Shown: in pieces, positions 11,129 to 21,039 of the stretch
Layout: the number at the start of each line of letters is the position of its first letter
Numbering within the stretch: the first letter of the stretch is position 1
DNA from: Chloropicon primus
Taxonomy: Eukaryota
Assembly: GCA_023205875.1 (NCBI GenBank)
Contig: CP060773.1
Location: forward strand, 62,001-126,000
Reading direction: 5' to 3'
Length of the DNA stretch: 64,000 nt
Translations under genes and position numbers: made by a program
The notes under the pieces: model-generated
Told to the model about the DNA's origin: nothing
Database searches by the model: none
The model's input: only the letters and a program-made list of their open reading frames with translations

Positions 11129-13216
11129 TCAAAGAGAACGGAGTCTCATCGCCGACTGGGGTGTCAGGAGCTTACTTATCACGTCCTTGTCTATTCCCGC
11201 GAGCTGTTCGAGGGAAGGGAACTGAAGGCTGCTCCCTGGCACCGCCGCCGGCGTCCCTTCCCTTGAGACAGAGTACGTTGGATCCACGGCGACCGGCCGT
11301 GCGCTGGCTGGGCCCGGAAGCGGGGACGGGAAGGCCAAGTTGGGGTGAAGTGGTGCCTGCGTTTGCGGTGGCTGAGAAGCCACGGCATGGTTCATCTGGG
11401 GCACCAGCGGGCTGGTGTTCGTCGACCGGATCATGTCCTTCAGCGCCCTCTCCGTTTCCCTTTGCTTGTACACAGTGGCCTCCAGTTCTTTATTTTGGAG
11501 TCCGGCCTGGTCAAGCCTTTGCCTGACGTCGGAGACCTGCTCCAACATGGCCCGCTGAAGCAGCTCCTTTGACTTGTAGAGGGCCGCGTTGGACTCTCTG
11601 ATCTGCACCATGTCCTGGTTCAGCTGTGAAATCTTCCCGTCCTTGAGTTTGGACTCCGCTTTCAGCGCGGCAGCGTCCCTCTCAAGCCTATCGGACTTTT
11701 CGATCGAGCCGCTGAGCTGCACGAGGGTGTCCTCTAATTTTTGAATCATCTTGGCACGCTCTTCCTGCCACTTCTCTTCCTCCTGCGCCAGGAGCCTATC
11801 CGTCTTCTGAGCGCGCTTCCCCGCCTCCTCGGCCTTTTGGATCTGGAACTGGACCTCGGACCTGACGCTGGAAAGCTCATCGGACAAGGTGCTGCACTTC
11901 TCGTTGAGGGCGATGCAGTGGCCGTCCAGAGCCTTCAAGTCTTCCCTCAGCGTGCCCTCCTTGTTATCAGAATGCAAGATGATGTTCTGGATACGGTCCT
12001 CAGCTTCCTGCAGAGCGATGACGTGGCGATCCACCTCGAGCCTTGCCTGCTGGTGGTTGTAATCCGATTCCCTCAAGTCGGCTTGCAGGGCGGAGACTTG
12101 CCTCTCCAGCACATGCTGGACCTCCTGAGCCTTCCTCTTCTCCTCCGTCGCATTCGCGGATTCCTTCTCTAGTGCTCCCACGAGCTCGGCACGGAGGTCC
12201 TTCTCCCTCTGAAGCGCTCGCATCTCGTCCGAGTGCATCTGCTTCCTCAGTTCCTTCTCCAGGCCATGACACGTCTCGATCGTGCTCTTAAGCTCTTCTA
12301 TCTCCTGGCTTTTTGTCTCGCTTTCAGCTTGAGACACGTCAAACTGGCTCTGCAGCTTGTCGAAATTGTTCTGAAGCGACTTGGACGCAGCCTGCAGAGA
12401 AAGGATGGACCTCTCCTTGGTCTCCAGGAGTTCCAAGGCAGCGGTCCTTCCCTCCTCGCTCTTCAAGAGCTCAGCCTTCGTTTGGGCCAGATCCTTCGCA
12501 AGCTTCCTGCACTTCTCCTTCTCATCCGTTAACTGTATCGCGAGCATGACCCCGTCTTCTCGGCTTCGGGCCACCGCGTACAGCAACCTGGTTGGGATGT
12601 CCTTGCCCGTCTCTTCCATGATTTCTTGAGTCTTCAGCCTCAAAGCCGTCTGCAACGTGTTCAACTCGTGCATCTGCGCTTGCTGCTCCTCGGCACAAGT
12701 TTGAAGCTTGGCCTTCAAGGCCGCGTTCTCCTCTTTCGTGGACTTGTACCTTCGTTTCATGGCCTGGAACTTGTCGTAAAGGTGGTTGTTGTCGTCCATG
12801 GCGTGCACCTTGGCCTCAAGCTTGTGCATGTGAGCCTTCTCCGTTGCCCTTTCCTTCTCAAGGATGTCCCTCTCGCCGGACAGGGCGCTCACCCTTCTCT
12901 TCAATAGAGACAGCTGCTTCTCCTTGGTCGTCAGCTTCTGCCGGAGCGCCAGCCTCTCTTCCCTGAGGCTGTCCACCTTCATCGTCGCGGTCTTGTGCTG
13001 CTTGGTGAGGTTCGTGAATCCTCTCCTGAGCTCAAGCAACTCATGCTGGCTCCCGCTCGGCGTGGGCTGGATATCACTCACCCAAGCAGACCTCGAGGAC
13101 CGCCCACTTCCTCCCTCTCTCTCCATAACAACCATAACTCTCCTGCCCACCTCTCTCTCCCTCTCTTTCTCCCTTTCTCTGTCCGCCGGCCTCCTCTTCG
13201 CCAAGGGCTTGCTCAA
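11129..13216 (-). CDS. Uncharacterised long coiled-coil protein (start probably one of the ATGs near 13126-13135)
   Basis: About 670-aa uninterrupted ORF, E/K/L/Q-rich heptads, Pro-rich tail. Confidence 0.8.
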   Translation of the reverse strand: MSKPLAKRRPADREREKEREREVGRRVMVVMEREGGSGRSSRSAWVSDIQPTPSGSQHELLELRRGFTNLTKQHKTATMKVDSLREERLALRQKLTTKEKQLSLLKRRVSALSGERDILEKERATEKAHMHKLEAKVHAMDDNNHLYDKFQAMKRRYKSTKEENAALKAKLQTCAEEQQAQMHELNTLQTALRLKTQEIMEETGKDIPTRLLYAVARSREDGVMLAIQLTDEKEKCRKLAKDLAQTKAELLKSEEGRTAALELLETKERSILSLQAASKSLQNNFDKLQSQFDVSQAESETKSQEIEELKSTIETCHGLEKELRKQMHSDEMRALQREKDLRAELVGALEKESANATEEKRKAQEVQHVLERQVSALQADLRESDYNHQQARLEVDRHVIALQEAEDRIQNIILHSDNKEGTLREDLKALDGHCIALNEKCSTLSDELSSVRSEVQFQIQKAEEAGKRAQKTDRLLAQEEEKWQEERAKMIQKLEDTLVQLSGSIEKSDRLERDAAALKAESKLKDGKISQLNQDMVQIRESNAALYKSKELLQRAMLEQVSDVRQRLDQAGLQNKELEATVYKQRETERALKDMIRSTNTSPLVPQMNHAVASQPPQTQAPLHPNLAFPSPLPGPASARPVAVDPTYSVSREGTPAAVPGSSLQFPSLEQLAGIDKDVISKLLTPQSAMRLRSL

Positions 13217-13455
13217 CCTCTAGCTCTAGCCCTCACAACAAGTCAACCTGCTGCCTCCTGCTGCCTCCTCCTTGTTCATGCTCTGGGGGTCTAACTGCTT
13301 TGTTGGTTGTGTCCAAGCTCCGCTCGCTCCTGCTGCTTCGGGAAACCCAACCCAGTGCACACTTGAGAGAAAAGACAAGCAAGCAAGGAAGTCACAAAGA
13401 TGGTATCTTTGTGAGGTTCAGGCCAACACAAAGGACACCTCTATCCCTCCCAAGC

Positions 13456-13506
13456 TCCAAGGTGGGTCCAAGGTGGGTCCAAGGTGGGTCCAAGGTGGGT
13501 CCAAGG
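13456..13506. repeat. 11-bp tandem repeat (TCCAAGGTGGG) x4.6
   Basis: Read directly from the sequence. Confidence 0.95.
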
Positions 13507-13714
13507 CTGCTCCTGGCCGTGCTTTGCCTTTCCAAGGGAAGAACCCAGTTCACTCAAGCGGAAGAAAAGAAGAAGGAATGGGAATGAGTTCCAAAAGATG
13601 GTACCTTTGGGATGATCAGACCGGTGCAATGCCGACGCTATGGACACCTCTGTCCCTCCTCTCTCTCTCTGGCTTGGTGGCTCTTGAGGCCCTTCCCAAA
13701 ATTTTGAATTAGCA

Positions 13715-13738
13715 CACGTGTTGCACGTGGTGCACGTG
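13715..13738. promoter_or_regulatory. Three CACGTG (G-box/E-box) sites at 9-bp spacing
   Basis: CACGTG at 13715, 13724 and 13733, upstream of the 11129-13216 gene. Function is inferred. Confidence 0.45.
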
Positions 13739-13958
13739 GGACAAGGGGGGGAGCCAAGGTGCGTGCTCCGGCGGGTTTGCTGCCGTCCTGGAGCGTGGGA
13801 TGGATGGTCTTGCGTTCCATGCCACTGATTGCTGGTGGATCCAACTCAAGCTTGTGTTGACCTAACCAAGATATATATATTCAATTGAAAAAATGACTTT
13901 TATGTTTGTTCCTGAGGCTCCCTGCCTTGACAAAGAATTGTACAACGTTTGTGCTTGC

Positions 13959-14446
13959 TCAGACAATAATTCTGTTGGCTGGAAGCTTTTGTGACAGACT
14001 GTCTTCGCTGAGGGAAGCTCTGATCTGCGCATGAGTCATGGCTTCCTCCTCGTCCTGAAACTCAAGCTCCTCGTGCACTGTCACTGCGCACGCCTCTTCC
14101 GTTAACCCACTCTTCTTCCTCTCCTGAGTGGCCTGTCACGATGCAGCAAAGACAAAGGTGATGGGGCAAAAGAGGTGTCAGCAAACCACAAAAGAAATGA
14201 AAGAAAAAAAAAGGACCTCCTCCTCCTCTTGTTGTTGACGGTTGTTGATGGTGTTCATGAGGGAGGGTTCTCCTGCTTTTGGTGTTCCAACAGCGCCAAC
14301 TGACTCACCTCTCTCAACGGGGACGCTCCACCAATTGTAGCTCCACGTGGTCTGGAAAGCTTTCTTTCCATGGCATTGTTCCTCGTTGTCCACTTGTCTC
14401 CCTCCCGGGGATGCTTTATACTTTCACTACTGAAGCAGCCTCCCAT
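13959..14446 (-). CDS. Predicted small (103 aa) two-exon protein with N-terminal MGGCFS acylation motif; exons 14446-14309, 14132-13959
   Basis: GTGAGT donor at 14308, GCTGAC branch near 14180, CAG acceptor at 14133. The phase-0 join gives ...ASPLRE|ATQERKKSGLTEEACAVTVHEELEFQDEEE...NRIIV*. Confidence 0.55.
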
Positions 14447-14572
14447 GATGATGATGATGATGATGAAAGCTATAGTATCAAAGCTCTATATAGAGATAGA
14501 GAGTCCAAGTCGTGGTTGTGTGCTCAACAGCTTGCTACTTCCTTGTCAATTGTTAGACTATCATGCCGGAAG

Positions 14573-14609
<37 letters not shown>

Positions 14610-16039
14610 TGCGCTCGCTCCAGTACCCGAAACCTAGCAGCTTACAGTGTCGCAAGTTGTGTGGATGCTTGGATTCAAGTGTTTCCAATCTTAAGGTAAG
14701 TTTGGTTGATGGTGGTGTATCTTTGGAAAGAGGGAAAGCCAGCACGTCATGAAACCTCTTTGCAGCGAGCAAGAAGGATGAAAGAGTATTTTAGAGCAAG
14801 GCCGCCGCCTCGTGGGTTGTGCGGAGCAAGAGCCACGCCCTTTCCTTGAGAGGGGGCGAGAGGAGAGAGGAGAGGGAGCCTCCGCTCGGTGGATCCCGGC
14901 TTGAGTGGAAACTTAGGAACTTATTAGGATAATTCTCAGAGTGTTTGGCCTTGGCTCGAGACTCTGAGTTCGTTTTTGGAAAAAGGAAGGAAGGAGACCG
15001 AAAAAACGAACTTGTAGTTGGTTAACAAATTACTTCTAAGGTTGAAGAACACACCACGCCCCCTCCTCTGGACGCCACTCCTTCCTCTCTCTCTCCCTCT
15101 CGCTCTCGTCTCTCTCGTCTCCTACGCCAAGACCACGCTTCTAGTGCCTTCCTTCACACGTGAGAATGGAGGCAGGGGAGGGCCCGCGTGTCCTCGTTGG
15201 TTTTGCCGACGTAAGGACACACACACACTCCTCGTTGGGTTCTCTTGCTTCCATAAGTGTCCATAAGTGTCCATAAGTGAGTACGGAAGCTTGGCTTATA
15301 TATATAATAATAGCTCGGAAGGCAAGGGTCCCCTTGCCATTGCATCCCCCTCAAGTTTATCGGAGAAACCAATCCCTCCCTCCCTCCAAGGCAAGGACTC
15401 TTCTGTTCTCTTTGGAAGGAGTCAAGCAGTGGTACAAGGAGCAAGATCCAGATCCAGTGGAAGAGACCATGCAAGACCCAAAGCCCTCCCCCTCCTTCCT
15501 CCCCGGCCCCCTCCTCCTCCTCCTTCGTCCCTTCGTCGTCCTTCGGGGACGTGGATTGGGTGTACCCTCCTGGACACTCCCCAGGGAAACGAGGGCAAAA
15601 AGCCAAGAAGAGCAGAGCAGCGCGCCCCTCGATCGATCGATCGATCGCGACGACGAGGACGAGGACGAGGACGAGGACGACTCAAAGGGACGAGGGCTAA
15701 GACCAACCGTCTTTCCTTCCCACTTCCTTGCTTCCTTGCTTCCTTGCTTTATTCATAGGTTCCATCTTTCCTTCCTTCTGCTTTGATTGCTTCCTTTCCT
15801 TTCCTTGCATTGCATTGTATTGCATGGACACGGTGGTGTCCTTGGGTTTTGTTTTGTTTTGTGTTTTGTTTGGGTTCGCTTCGGGTTTGATTCATCATCG
15901 CGTCACGAGCGTTACGTCTTCTCCGTGCGTTACGAAGCGGCTTGCTTGAACACCGAGAGGAGGAGGAGAAGAAGAAGAGGAGAAGGAGGAGTGGAGAAGA
16001 AGAAGAGGAGGAGGAGGAGTGGAGGAAGGGAAGGGTAGG

Positions 16040-18676
16040 ATGGGGATCTCTTTGTTCCAAAAGTCCCTGAGGGACATGATCTCCGGGATGAGGTCGAATC
16101 GTAACAACGAGGAGAAGTACATCCAGAAGAGTATGGAGGACATCAAGAAGGAGCTCAAGAGCACGGACATGAAAGTGAAAACGGTGGCGCTCCAGAAGCT
16201 GACGTACTTGAACATGCTTGGGTTTGACATGTCCTGGGCAGCGTTTCACGTGGTGGAGGTGATGTCGACGCCGAAGCTTCTGCACAAGGTGGTGGGGTAC
16301 CAGGCGGCCGCCCAGAGCTTCAACGAGGGCACGGACGTCATGCTTCTCATCACAAACTTGCTGAAGAAGGACCTGATAAGCACGAACCCGACGGAGAGGA
16401 GCATTGGCCTTGACTGCTTGTCGAACATAGTCACGCTGGATCTGGCGAGGGACCTCATCGCGGACGTGTACGGCTTGCTGAGCTCCAGCTCCGCTCCGTG
16501 CAGGAAGAGGTCTGCCTTGGTCCTTTACTGCTGTTTCCTCAAGTACCCGGACGCGCTCAGGCCTTGCTTCAAGGGCCTTGTGGAGCACCTGGACGACCAC
16601 GAGCAGTCGGTCGTGTGCTCCGTCGTCTCCGTTCTGTGCGAGCTTGTGATCAAGCACCCTCACAACTACTTGGAGATGGCGCCTTTGTTCTACAGGCTGC
16701 TTCTCAACTCGACCAACAACTGGATGACGATGAAGCTATTGAAGATATTCGGGGCGCTCACGCCACTCGAGCCGAGGCTGACGAAGAAGATCGTGGAGCC
16801 ACTGAAGAACATTATGTCGTCTACCATGGCAAAGTCCCTTCTTTTCGACTGCATCACGACGGTCTGCTCCGGAATGACTTCGAACGAAGAGATTGTGGAG
16901 ATGGCCCTTGGGCACCTCAAGGACTTTGTCCTCGACTCGGATCCTAACCTCAAGTACTTGGGCTTCAAGGCTCTGGAGCAATTCGTGAAGCACATCCCGG
17001 AAACGGTGCTGAGGTTCGGAAATGCGGCCCTGATGTGCTTGTCCACCGCAGACCCGACGATAAGGTCTTCTGCACTTCGAGTGATCTCAGGTCTTGTGTC
17101 CAAGAAGGACCTCAAGGAAGTCATTGTGAGAGTGCTCGAGCACATACCGTCTGCTGACACCGCGTACAGGAACGAACTCAGCGAAGTCGTTCTCTCCATA
17201 TGTTGCAGAGACAAGTACTCCCTGGTGTCTGACTTTTCTTGGTACTTGAATATCTTGGTTGAGCTTGCGAGGGTTCCCGGGTCCGTTCACGGGAAAACAA
17301 TAGCCTTCCAGATCACTGACATCGCCTGCAGGGTGGAGGCCATGAGAGACGACGCGGTGCAGGCTGTGAGGTCCCTGCTGATCGATCCGTTCGTGGTTGA
17401 AATGGGCAAGAGCGGTAGCATTGGGGAGGTCTTGAAGGCGACGGCGTGGATCACAGGGGAATATGCATCTTTTGTCGAGCACCCCAAGGAAACAATAGAA
17501 GCTCTGCTCCAGCCTGGTATCTTGAAGCTGCCTTGCTCAGTGCAAGCGATGTACATCCAGGCAATTTTGAAGGTCTTTGTGCACATCACCAATGACCTTG
17601 TGTGCGACGACGATGCCGATGAGGCTTCTCAAAGCGAGAAGGACGGCTCCACCTGGGTGGAGGGCGAAGATGACGCGGAAGAGGACAACGGGGATGAAGA
17701 GCTGGATAAGCTCGGAGTAGTGAACGAGCTGTCAGACCTGATCTTGGCGCACGTGGACCAGTACTCAGATACCCCGGATCCTGAGGTCGTGGAACGAATG
17801 AGCCAGTTGAAGGCGGTCCTGGACTTGCAGAAGGGGATGGACGATATCAAGGACGTGAAAGATCTTTTCTCAAAGCTGCATGGGATCATTAGCGAAGAGC
17901 TGCAGCCAATCTCTGGCAAGGCTCAGAAGAAGGTGCCTTTGCCCGAGGATCTCCAAGTGATAGATCCCATCATGGAAGAGTTCTTCGACGAGGAATTCGA
18001 TTTGCAGCAAGCGGAGGAAGATGTCGAGGTTGCTGACAACCAGGCAGCCTCTGTGACAAGCAGCAGAGGCATGGATGCCGCCCAGGCCTTGACAGAAGCC
18101 ACTGAGGAGCAGAAAAAGTTTGCCGACGAGACTGCCAAGAACCAACTTAAGCAGCACAGGGAGAAGCACGGGGTCTTTTACCTCTCAAGTGATGACAAGC
18201 AGGGGGCTGGTGATATGGGGGAGGACGATGGAGGGGAAGTTGAGAATGTTAGCGTACAGGAGCCTCCTGTGGATGTGAGTGAAGACTCGGCGACAAAGGT
18301 TGATGCCTTGACCTCGTACAGGAGGAAGAAGAAGAAGAAGAAGAAGCAGCCTACGGACCTCGTGGTGAAGCAGGATGAAGACGTGAACGAAGGCGTGGAC
18401 TCGCCAGTGAAGATTAATAAGAATGCCCTCGATGTCAACCCACTTGCCCCGCTGGAGGATGGAGAGGAGTTGCCCTCTGTAGAGGCCTACCCGACATCGT
18501 ACAGCAACGAGGGTGACATGCCGACGTATGAAACATCCTACGAGCCTGTTCATTCTCAAAACACTGAGGCTCCTCCTGCTGAGAAGCAGAAACACAAGAG
18601 CAGGAGGAGGCGGAAGCACAAGTCAAGGAAGGAGAAAGAGGGCGCGCCACAGGAGGCAACAGCAGCTGAAACCTAA
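16040..18676 (+). CDS. AP3D1: AP-3 adaptor complex subunit delta
   Basis: FQKSLRDMISGMR, ALQKLTYLNMLGFDMSWAAFHVVEVMS, DSDPNLKYLG, adaptin N-terminal HEAT region and acidic/basic hinge. Confidence 0.95.
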   Translation: MGISLFQKSLRDMISGMRSNRNNEEKYIQKSMEDIKKELKSTDMKVKTVALQKLTYLNMLGFDMSWAAFHVVEVMSTPKLLHKVVGYQAAAQSFNEGTDVMLLITNLLKKDLISTNPTERSIGLDCLSNIVTLDLARDLIADVYGLLSSSSAPCRKRSALVLYCCFLKYPDALRPCFKGLVEHLDDHEQSVVCSVVSVLCELVIKHPHNYLEMAPLFYRLLLNSTNNWMTMKLLKIFGALTPLEPRLTKKIVEPLKNIMSSTMAKSLLFDCITTVCSGMTSNEEIVEMALGHLKDFVLDSDPNLKYLGFKALEQFVKHIPETVLRFGNAALMCLSTADPTIRSSALRVISGLVSKKDLKEVIVRVLEHIPSADTAYRNELSEVVLSICCRDKYSLVSDFSWYLNILVELARVPGSVHGKTIAFQITDIACRVEAMRDDAVQAVRSLLIDPFVVEMGKSGSIGEVLKATAWITGEYASFVEHPKETIEALLQPGILKLPCSVQAMYIQAILKVFVHITNDLVCDDDADEASQSEKDGSTWVEGEDDAEEDNGDEELDKLGVVNELSDLILAHVDQYSDTPDPEVVERMSQLKAVLDLQKGMDDIKDVKDLFSKLHGIISEELQPISGKAQKKVPLPEDLQVIDPIMEEFFDEEFDLQQAEEDVEVADNQAASVTSSRGMDAAQALTEATEEQKKFADETAKNQLKQHREKHGVFYLSSDDKQGAGDMGEDDGGEVENVSVQEPPVDVSEDSATKVDALTSYRRKKKKKKKQPTDLVVKQDEDVNEGVDSPVKINKNALDVNPLAPLEDGEELPSVEAYPTSYSNEGDMPTYETSYEPVHSQNTEAPPAEKQKHKSRRRRKHKSRKEKEGAPQEATAAET

Positions 18677-18790
18677 AGGAAAAATATGGATACACAACGC
18701 ACACAAAAACACTGTTCAAAACCTGCGTTCAAAATTGGCGGCAGCGGCGACTCTTCAACGAGCCATCTGCCAACCTTCTCAACATGATGC

Positions 18791-20098
18791 TCATGCAAGG
18801 CATTCCCTGATCTCTCGCTCCATGGTCTCCCTGTCCAGGTTTTTCCCAATGAAGACCAGCTTGCTTGTCTTCTTCTCATTTTCCCTCCAATTTTTTCCTG
18901 CAATGCCTTCGAACTGCATGTGGACGGCCTGAAAGATGAACTTCTCGTCCCAGCCCTGGACGGCCAAGATGCCCTTCATGCGGTAAATCTCCTCGGCCCT
19001 TTGCATGAGGAACATACCCATCCAGTCGTTGATCTTGTCCAGATCCATGTCCCCCTCAAAGGTGAGGCTCACCGAAGAGATGTCATGGTCATGGGTGTGG
19101 CCATGGTGGTGGCCGTGCTCATGGTCGTGGTCGTGGCCGTGCTCATGGTCGTGGTCGTGGTCGTGGTCGTGGCCGTGCTCATGATCGTGATGGTGGTGGT
19201 GGCCGGATGCCTCCTCTTTCAGTAACTCCTCTTCGACTTTGCCGAGGTCAAACCCACCGAGGTCGAAGATCTTCCTGTAATCCACGTCGGCCCGCACTGT
19301 TTGCTTGATGGTTGCAATCTTGTTTAGGCCTCGGATCTCCTCCTGAATTTTCGACAACTCTTCCTCGGTGACGAGGTCCGTCTTGTTCAGGATGATGCTG
19401 TCTGCATAAGCGATCTGCTCGACCACTTCGTCGGTCTTCTCGCTCTCCAAATCACTTTCCAAGTGCCTCATGACGTGTTTTGCGTCCACCATCGTCACGA
19501 CACCCTCGAGCCTGACCTTGTCGAAGATGCTCTCCTCTGAGAAAAACGTCCCGATAATGGGCAAGGGGTGCGCCAATCCCGTAGTCTCAATCAGGAGATG
19601 GTCAAACTTTCCCTTCTTCTGGTCAACCAGAGTTCCAATCATCTTCACGAGGTCCTCCCTCACCGTACAGCAGATGCAACCGTTGTTGAGCAACATAACG
19701 TTCTCCCCCTCAAGCTCCTCCTTCAACTCCACGAGCTCCTGGTCGATGCCTATCTCGCCGAACTCATTCTCAATGACCGCAACACGCAGCTTGTGATCCT
19801 CCGTCAAGATGTTGTTCAGCAAGGTCGTCTTCCCAGAGCCCAGGAAGCCTGTCACGATAGTCGCCGGGATGCGTGGGTCCACCACCTCGACGCCGTCGTC
19901 GCGGGCTTCCACGTCACTCGCCGCTTTCTGTTGAACTTGGCGACGAGAGCGCGAGCTCTGACCGGGGAATTTCACGAAATCGTTCCTCCTGATCGCTGGT
20001 CCTGATCGTCTGGAAGAAGCACGAGTCCATGCCGACCTCCTGGATGCTGCTTGTACCACTCCCCTCCCTCCCTCAGCACACCTCACCCTGCACCGCAT
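18791..20098 (-). CDS. CobW/COG0523 (ZNG1-like) metal-chaperone GTPase with His-rich linker, probably plastid-targeted
   Basis: TGFLGSGKTT, IENEFGE, GCICC, IETTGLAHP, LNKTD, (HDHDHEHG)n tract and CobW_C region YRMKG...FQAVH. Confidence 0.94.
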   Translation of the reverse strand: MRCRVRCAEGGRGVVQAASRRSAWTRASSRRSGPAIRRNDFVKFPGQSSRSRRQVQQKAASDVEARDDGVEVVDPRIPATIVTGFLGSGKTTLLNNILTEDHKLRVAVIENEFGEIGIDQELVELKEELEGENVMLLNNGCICCTVREDLVKMIGTLVDQKKGKFDHLLIETTGLAHPLPIIGTFFSEESIFDKVRLEGVVTMVDAKHVMRHLESDLESEKTDEVVEQIAYADSIILNKTDLVTEEELSKIQEEIRGLNKIATIKQTVRADVDYRKIFDLGGFDLGKVEEELLKEEASGHHHHHDHEHGHDHDHDHDHEHGHDHDHEHGHHHGHTHDHDISSVSLTFEGDMDLDKINDWMGMFLMQRAEEIYRMKGILAVQGWDEKFIFQAVHMQFEGIAGKNWRENEKKTSKLVFIGKNLDRETMEREIRECLA

Positions 20099-21039
20099 AG
20101 CGCCTCACAGGTCAGGCTAATCCCTCTGGACTCCGTAGATGGCAGCAAGGAAAGGAAAGGAAAAAAAAAGGAATCAAGAGAAGACCTCACGAAGAAACAA
20201 TCTCCAAGCTCCTCGACTTCACTGCAATGTCATCAGGGCAAAGTAGGAGAAAATGACGTCAGTCCTGTCCATGCCACACGCTGGCGTCCTTCCTCTCGAG
20301 CGAAGGCTCCTTCGGAAGAGGAAGCGAACGACGGGGCCAACCGTTTCGCGCGCGACGCAATCGTAACGCTTGAAACCTTCCCTGTTGCCGACGCCTCACC
20401 TTTCTGCACTCCGAACACAAAGCAAAGCAAAGCATGAGGAAGGACGAGGCCAAGCGTTTCAGTCTCTCATTTGCTCCCCCAATCGTCGTTCGCTTCGAGT
20501 GAGAGCTCTTTCGAAAGAGGAGAATGCAACGATTCGATCCGGACGGACCTCTGTCCCTTCCCCTCCGTCCCTCGTCCCCTCCTCGCGGCGAAAGAGCAAA
20601 ACGTACCTCGTCACCCCCCGACCCCTTCGGAAAAAAACTGAAATCCCCCTTCATCCCCTAGACACTTTTTGTCGCTTTTCCAGGTCTGCAGGAGAAAGCC
20701 ACGAGGCAGTGACTTTGGTGAGGCATCTGTGTCAACGCAACGAAGGTAAAGGGAACAAAAAGCGCATGGAACGATAGAATATCTTCTGAGCTTTCCGTAG
20801 AGCCCTCGCGTGACGCGTTTGGTGCTCTGAGTGGTCGAGGAGAGGTGTGGCAAGGGACAAGGTGCCACTGTAGAGGTTGTGGCGAGACCCTGTGCCTTTG
20901 GTGAGGCAGTGGTCCACTTCAACCGCGCTTGAAGGGTTTGCAGTGGCTGTCAAGGGGTTCCACGTCTCGTAAGCTTTCGCCTGATCCATCGGTTGACCCC
21001 CCTTTGGCGTTGTCCTTGGAGAAGAGTCACGACAACAGT

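Noticed and set aside
15018..15950. ORFs upstream of AP-3 delta
   Set aside because: Low-complexity, repeat-rich translations in all frames; probably leader or intron sequence.
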